A stretch of DNA of 64,000 nt from an uncultured virus (IMG/VR IMGVR_UViG_3300025921_000010) (taxonomy: Duplodnaviria; Heunggongvirae; Uroviricota; Caudoviricetes; Crassvirales): the IMG/VR virus record IMGVR_UViG_3300025921_000010, one strand, 5' to 3'. The translations under genes were made by a program, and so were the position numbers. The notes below the pieces were generated by a model. It saw nothing but the letters and a program-made list of their open reading frames with translations. It searched no databases and had not been told where the DNA came from. Below, piece after piece: positions 60,269-64,000 of this stretch; position 1 is the stretch's first letter, and every line of letters begins with the position of its first letter.

Positions 60269-60454
60269 TTAAGCATTCTTAGCAGCTTCGGTAAGTATAG
60301 CCCATTCTTCATCTGTAAACTTAACCTCTGAAATGCCTCTCTGGTCTAAATCTAAAACATAATCTACGCCTTCAATATCACGTATGTATTGAATGTATTT
60401 AGAAAGGACTGTATTTGAAATTGTATTGTCCTTAATAGGTTCCCCTTCTTTCAT
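60269..60454 (-). CDS. hypothetical protein
   Basis: likely ATG 60454 downstream of the leftward promoter of module 6. Confidence 0.6.
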   Translation of the reverse strand: MKEGEPIKDNTISNTVLSKYIQYIRDIEGVDYVLDLDQRGISEVKFTDEEWAILTEAAKNA

Positions 60455-60474
60455 TAAGAATAGTTTTATTAAAT

Positions 60475-60557
60475 AAAGATACAAATTGTATCAAACCAAC
60501 CAAATATTTTTCTCCCCTTTTTCTTAGATACAAAATGTATCTCAACTTCTAACTTTG
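60475..60557. promoter_or_regulatory. divergent promoter module 6
   Basis: palindromes 60478-60492 and 60527-60541; TAACTTTG 60550-60557. Confidence 0.88.
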
Positions 60558-60572
60558 TTGGAAGAAAAATAT

Positions 60573-61334
60573 ATGAGATATACTACGCTCGATAATATTT
60601 GCAGAAGCACATTAATGCAAGCCGGTTACAGCCTCCATTGGTATCTACAAGCCTTAAAGAGTGCAAGTGATTGCCTTCGTGAACTAACTTTCGACACTTT
60701 ACAAAATGTAAATACAGTTAACCTTACTTTATCTGATTCCGGTTCGGCAGACCTGCCTTGTGATTATGTTGACTTCGTAAAAGTTGGTGTTCCGTATTCT
60801 CAATATGTCCGTCCACTTGTGCAGAAAGATTCTATCAACAGGCTTCAAAACAAAGATACTTCCGGCAATCCTATACCTTATTCCAATGCGATTGATGTAA
60901 CGTATGGAGATACCGTTTCCGTTCCTCCATTTTTTGAAAGCGACTACATAAATGATAATGGTGAGCCTTTAGGAAGGCTATTTGGATTTAATGCAGGTTG
61001 GATTCAGGACGGCTTCAAAATATTGAGAGAAAGAGGACAAATACAGGTTGACCAACAATTATGTGCGACCTCAATTTACTTGGAATATATCAGTGACGGA
61101 CAATGTTCGGATAATGCTACTAAAGTTCATCCTTACGCCCAAAAAACTATTGAGGCTTATATCTTATGGCAGTTCAAACAACATAGTCGGGCTTACGGAA
61201 GTCAGGAAAGAGAATTAGCGAAGGATGAATTTAGTTCCCAAAGAAGAATATTGAGGGCACGATTAACCGGACTTACTGCACAGGATATTAAACGGATAGT
61301 AAGGAAATCTTATTCAGCAACTACTAAAGGTTAA
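60573..61334 (+). CDS. putative tail ring/adaptor protein
   Basis: LPCDYVDFVKVG, LEYISDG, VHPYAQKTIEAYI. Confidence 0.65.
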   Translation: MRYTTLDNICRSTLMQAGYSLHWYLQALKSASDCLRELTFDTLQNVNTVNLTLSDSGSADLPCDYVDFVKVGVPYSQYVRPLVQKDSINRLQNKDTSGNPIPYSNAIDVTYGDTVSVPPFFESDYINDNGEPLGRLFGFNAGWIQDGFKILRERGQIQVDQQLCATSIYLEYISDGQCSDNATKVHPYAQKTIEAYILWQFKQHSRAYGSQERELAKDEFSSQRRILRARLTGLTAQDIKRIVRKSYSATTKG

Positions 61335-61355
61335 ATCATCTTAAAACATACAAAA

Positions 61356-61502
61356 ATGAAACATCCGGGATTCAAAAGTGTACAATCCTCAATCGCAAGA
61401 AAAGAGGGAGTATCTAAGAAAGCAGCAGGAGCTATTCTCGCAGCAGCAAGTAGAAAAAATGCAAAAACCTCGTCCAATCCGAGACTAAAGCGTGTTAAAT
61501 AA
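61356..61502 (+). CDS. small basic protein (48 aa)
   Basis: MKHPGFKSVQSSIARKEGVSKKAAGAILAAASR...; below the ORF-track length cutoff. Confidence 0.7.
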   Translation: MKHPGFKSVQSSIARKEGVSKKAAGAILAAASRKNAKTSSNPRLKRVK

Positions 61503-61563
61503 TTTGACATTAAAACAGACTAAACTTTAAAGCAGGAACCGGCTAAGCGGTTCATATATAAAC

Positions 61564-61968
61564 ATGAATACAAAAGAAAAAGCAATCAGATTTTTTACAG
61601 AGAAAGTAGCAGATAATGTAAAGTTTGCTTATGGTTCAGAAAAAGAGATGATGACACATCTTTTTTCTGGAGAAGTTACAATCCCGTTTACAGATGCTAT
61701 CGATTATGTGACTGAACTGATTGGAGAGTGTAATCTTCCTTCAAGACATAAGCATGGTGATAAAGTTTTATTTGGTATGCAACCCTCAGATGGCGGATGG
61801 ATTTGTCCGATGACAGGAACTGTTACAGGAGTGCATTTCTACCAAAGTAAGGTTAAATACGATTTAGAACTTGGACTTGATGAAGAAAAAACCAGAATTT
61901 ATAACGTGGATTCTCTTTATGTGCAACCATTTTCGGAAGAAGCATATAAATGTTATGCGCTGAAATAG
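61564..61968 (+). CDS. hypothetical protein
   Basis: 134 aa ORF. Confidence 0.6.
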   Translation: MNTKEKAIRFFTEKVADNVKFAYGSEKEMMTHLFSGEVTIPFTDAIDYVTELIGECNLPSRHKHGDKVLFGMQPSDGGWICPMTGTVTGVHFYQSKVKYDLELGLDEEKTRIYNVDSLYVQPFSEEAYKCYALK

Positions 61969-62015
61969 TAAACAAATCAAAACCTTTCTGTGTATAGGTC
62001 AACAGAATTAAAATT

Positions 62016-62255
62016 ATGGCAAGAATGAGAGCAAAATTTACAGTTCAAACTATTGAAAAGTATGAAGGAGGAGAAACCCTTTATTTTTCCGCTGTTTGTC
62101 CAGACAAATTTGGAGAAAACGGAGAAAATGAAGATAATGATTTCGCAAGATGGACACCATCCGGGAATCTTTCAATGAGTGTTACCAATCCAAATTTATT
62201 GGGAACTTTTAAGGAAGGTGAGAAGTATTATTTGGACTTTACAAAAGCAGATTAA
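62016..62255 (+). CDS. conserved phage hypothetical protein
   Basis: MRAKF...FARWTPSG...YYLDFT. Confidence 0.7.
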   Translation: MARMRAKFTVQTIEKYEGGETLYFSAVCPDKFGENGENEDNDFARWTPSGNLSMSVTNPNLLGTFKEGEKYYLDFTKAD

Positions 62256-62259
62256 ATAA

Positions 62260-64000
62260 TTGGATAACTACCGCAAAATATTTAATGAGGGCTTAAATGC
62301 TGACGATGACTTCTCGGTAATATCGAAAGGGCAATGGGTGAACGCTTCCAATATCCGCACATTTACTACTGATAGCGGCGCAACAGGTCGTGTAGAAAAT
62401 GTTGGCGGTACTTCTTTAATCTTTAGCTCGCTTCCTGCGGGAACGAATAAATGTATCGGGGCGGTGGCGGATGATTCGCAAAAGTTTATTGTATTCTTTA
62501 ACTGGAACGATACGGAGGCAACCGATATTCGTGACACACAAACAATCGTACATAAAAGTCACGGAATATACTGTCTTTATAACGGTGTTCCTTATACTGT
62601 ATTATTAGATGTGGACGCTGTAGGGGGGCTTAATTTTGACAAATACTACCGCATAGATAGTAATTGTAAGATTAGCGGCGACCTCCTATATTGGACTGAC
62701 AACAAAAACGAACCACGCAGACTTAACCTGAAAGCTGCGATAAATGCGTACCACGCCAACACTTTCCCAAGTGTTACTCCTTATGCTCTACGTTTAGCAC
62801 CTGAAAACATCACAGTTATAAGACGTGCGCCTCAACTTCCCTTAGAATGCACCAAAGCAGTAGGAGCAGATTTAGGTGTTACCGTAGTGCAGAATTTCAT
62901 TAAGAATCTTTCACTTCAATTTTGTTATTATTACGTTTTTAGAGATTATGAAACTTCGGTTACTTCTACCCGCTCTCTCCTATTTAATTACAATTTCGAT
63001 GAAGAGAATTTTGACGTTATAGACATCAAGATTCCCTTGTTAGAGAAAATCCAACAGGACGTTTCAGAAGTATATCTTGTGGCTCAAAATAAAGAATCAA
63101 CGAAGTATTTCATTATTAAAAAATGGAGCAAAGAAAACACTTCTGATTTAAGCGCCATTAATCTTCATAATTCAGGAACAAAACAACTTGAATTTATCTT
63201 CAAAGGAGATTATTTCGGAGCTGCCTTAGACGATGTATTTTCAACGAAGCTGTATGAATCAATCCCGCTCCTCTCAAAGACGCTTGAACTGGCTAAAAAC
63301 AGGCAATTCTTCGCTAATAATCTTGTAGGATATAATACACCCGCAATAACTTCGCTAACCACTTCAATATTGCAAGGGGGTACTACCTCAGAGACCGACA
63401 ATGTTTATTGGACGGACTTTTTTATTAGTATTCACGGTACGCCTCAAAACATGGGCAGTGGGGCTATAAATTTTGACTACCATTATAATGTAGTCAAACT
63501 ACCGTCCGCAAGTAACGGATATTACACATTAGCTGATAACACTATGCCCGCTACTGCTGATTTTTCTGATATGATTTTTGCGGGCAATACACTCGATGAA
63601 GTAAGCCAGTACTTTGTATTCGATATAATGAGGTTGAATCCTGGTTACGATATTGATGTAATGGACAATTCTTTAAATGACACCACTACACCTGTTACCG
63701 TATCTAATATTGGCCTTATTGTTCCGCTTACCGGACGATTCTTTAAAACGGATTCTACCTATAAGGTAAGTATTGAGTTTTTAGATGGCTTCCAGAGGAA
63801 ATGCGGGGTAGTTGATGTAACCAACACGATAACAATTCCAACAAGGAAGTTTACTTACGATTCGTACTATACGTATATAAAGTGGACTTTAAGTAATTCT
63901 AACGCTTTAATTGAAATACCGGAGTGGGCAACACATTATCAGATAGTAATAACCCAAAGCCGGAATATTCTATTTTTTATTGAAGGAGTAGCGACCAAGT
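62260..64000 (+). CDS. tail stabilisation/nozzle-like protein, partial
   Basis: TTG start; GLNADDD, NASNIR, LYWTDNKNEPRRLN; appears open to the window end. Confidence 0.7.
   Translation, partial: MDNYRKIFNEGLNADDDFSVISKGQWVNASNIRTFTTDSGATGRVENVGGTSLIFSSLPAGTNKCIGAVADDSQKFIVFFNWNDTEATDIRDTQTIVHKSHGIYCLYNGVPYTVLLDVDAVGGLNFDKYYRIDSNCKISGDLLYWTDNKNEPRRLNLKAAINAYHANTFPSVTPYALRLAPENITVIRRAPQLPLECTKAVGADLGVTVVQNFIKNLSLQFCYYYVFRDYETSVTSTRSLLFNYNFDEENFDVIDIKIPLLEKIQQDVSEVYLVAQNKESTKYFIIKKWSKENTSDLSAINLHNSGTKQLEFIFKGDYFGAALDDVFSTKLYESIPLLSKTLELAKNRQFFANNLVGYNTPAITSLTTSILQGGTTSETDNVYWTDFFISIHGTPQNMGSGAINFDYHYNVVKLPSASNGYYTLADNTMPATADFSDMIFAGNTLDEVSQYFVFDIMRLNPGYDIDVMDNSLNDTTTPVTVSNIGLIVPLTGRFFKTDSTYKVSIEFLDGFQRKCGVVDVTNTITIPTRKFTYDSYYTYIKWTLSNSNALIEIPEWATHYQIVITQSRNILFFIEGVATK

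Overview
AT-rich genome segment of a temperate Bacteroidota phage. An intact attP suggests it is the free, excised form. It carries a crAss-like/podovirus-type virion module (TerL, portal, scaffold, capsid at 0.3-8.8 kb; ring/adaptor and stabilisation proteins at 58-64 kb), tail-fibre-like genes with signal peptides, a GH19 lysis module, and a long leftward lambdoid-style early/replication arm (ERF, NinB, initiator plus DnaC-like loader, MTase). It also has a cI/cro switch, an integrase with a tRNA-Gly(CCC) attP, a second tyrosine recombinase, glycosyltransferases and GroES-like genes. Two features stand out. (1) A 6.1-kb array (25039-31190) of 12 integron-like gene cassettes separated by attC-like hairpins, plus one satellite cassette near 4.7-5.0 kb, with no integron integrase visible. 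Every ORF is inverted relative to the inferred attC polarity, the sites fall into discrete length classes (92, ~129, ~194 bp), and half of the genes take their start codon and N-terminal leader from inside the attC. (2) Six copies of a rigidly spaced divergent-promoter module with two GATACA-N3-TGTATC palindromes, each pairing a rightward gene of the virion region with a leftward small gene. All coordinates were counted by eye; functional calls come from motif recognition, and no database search was run.
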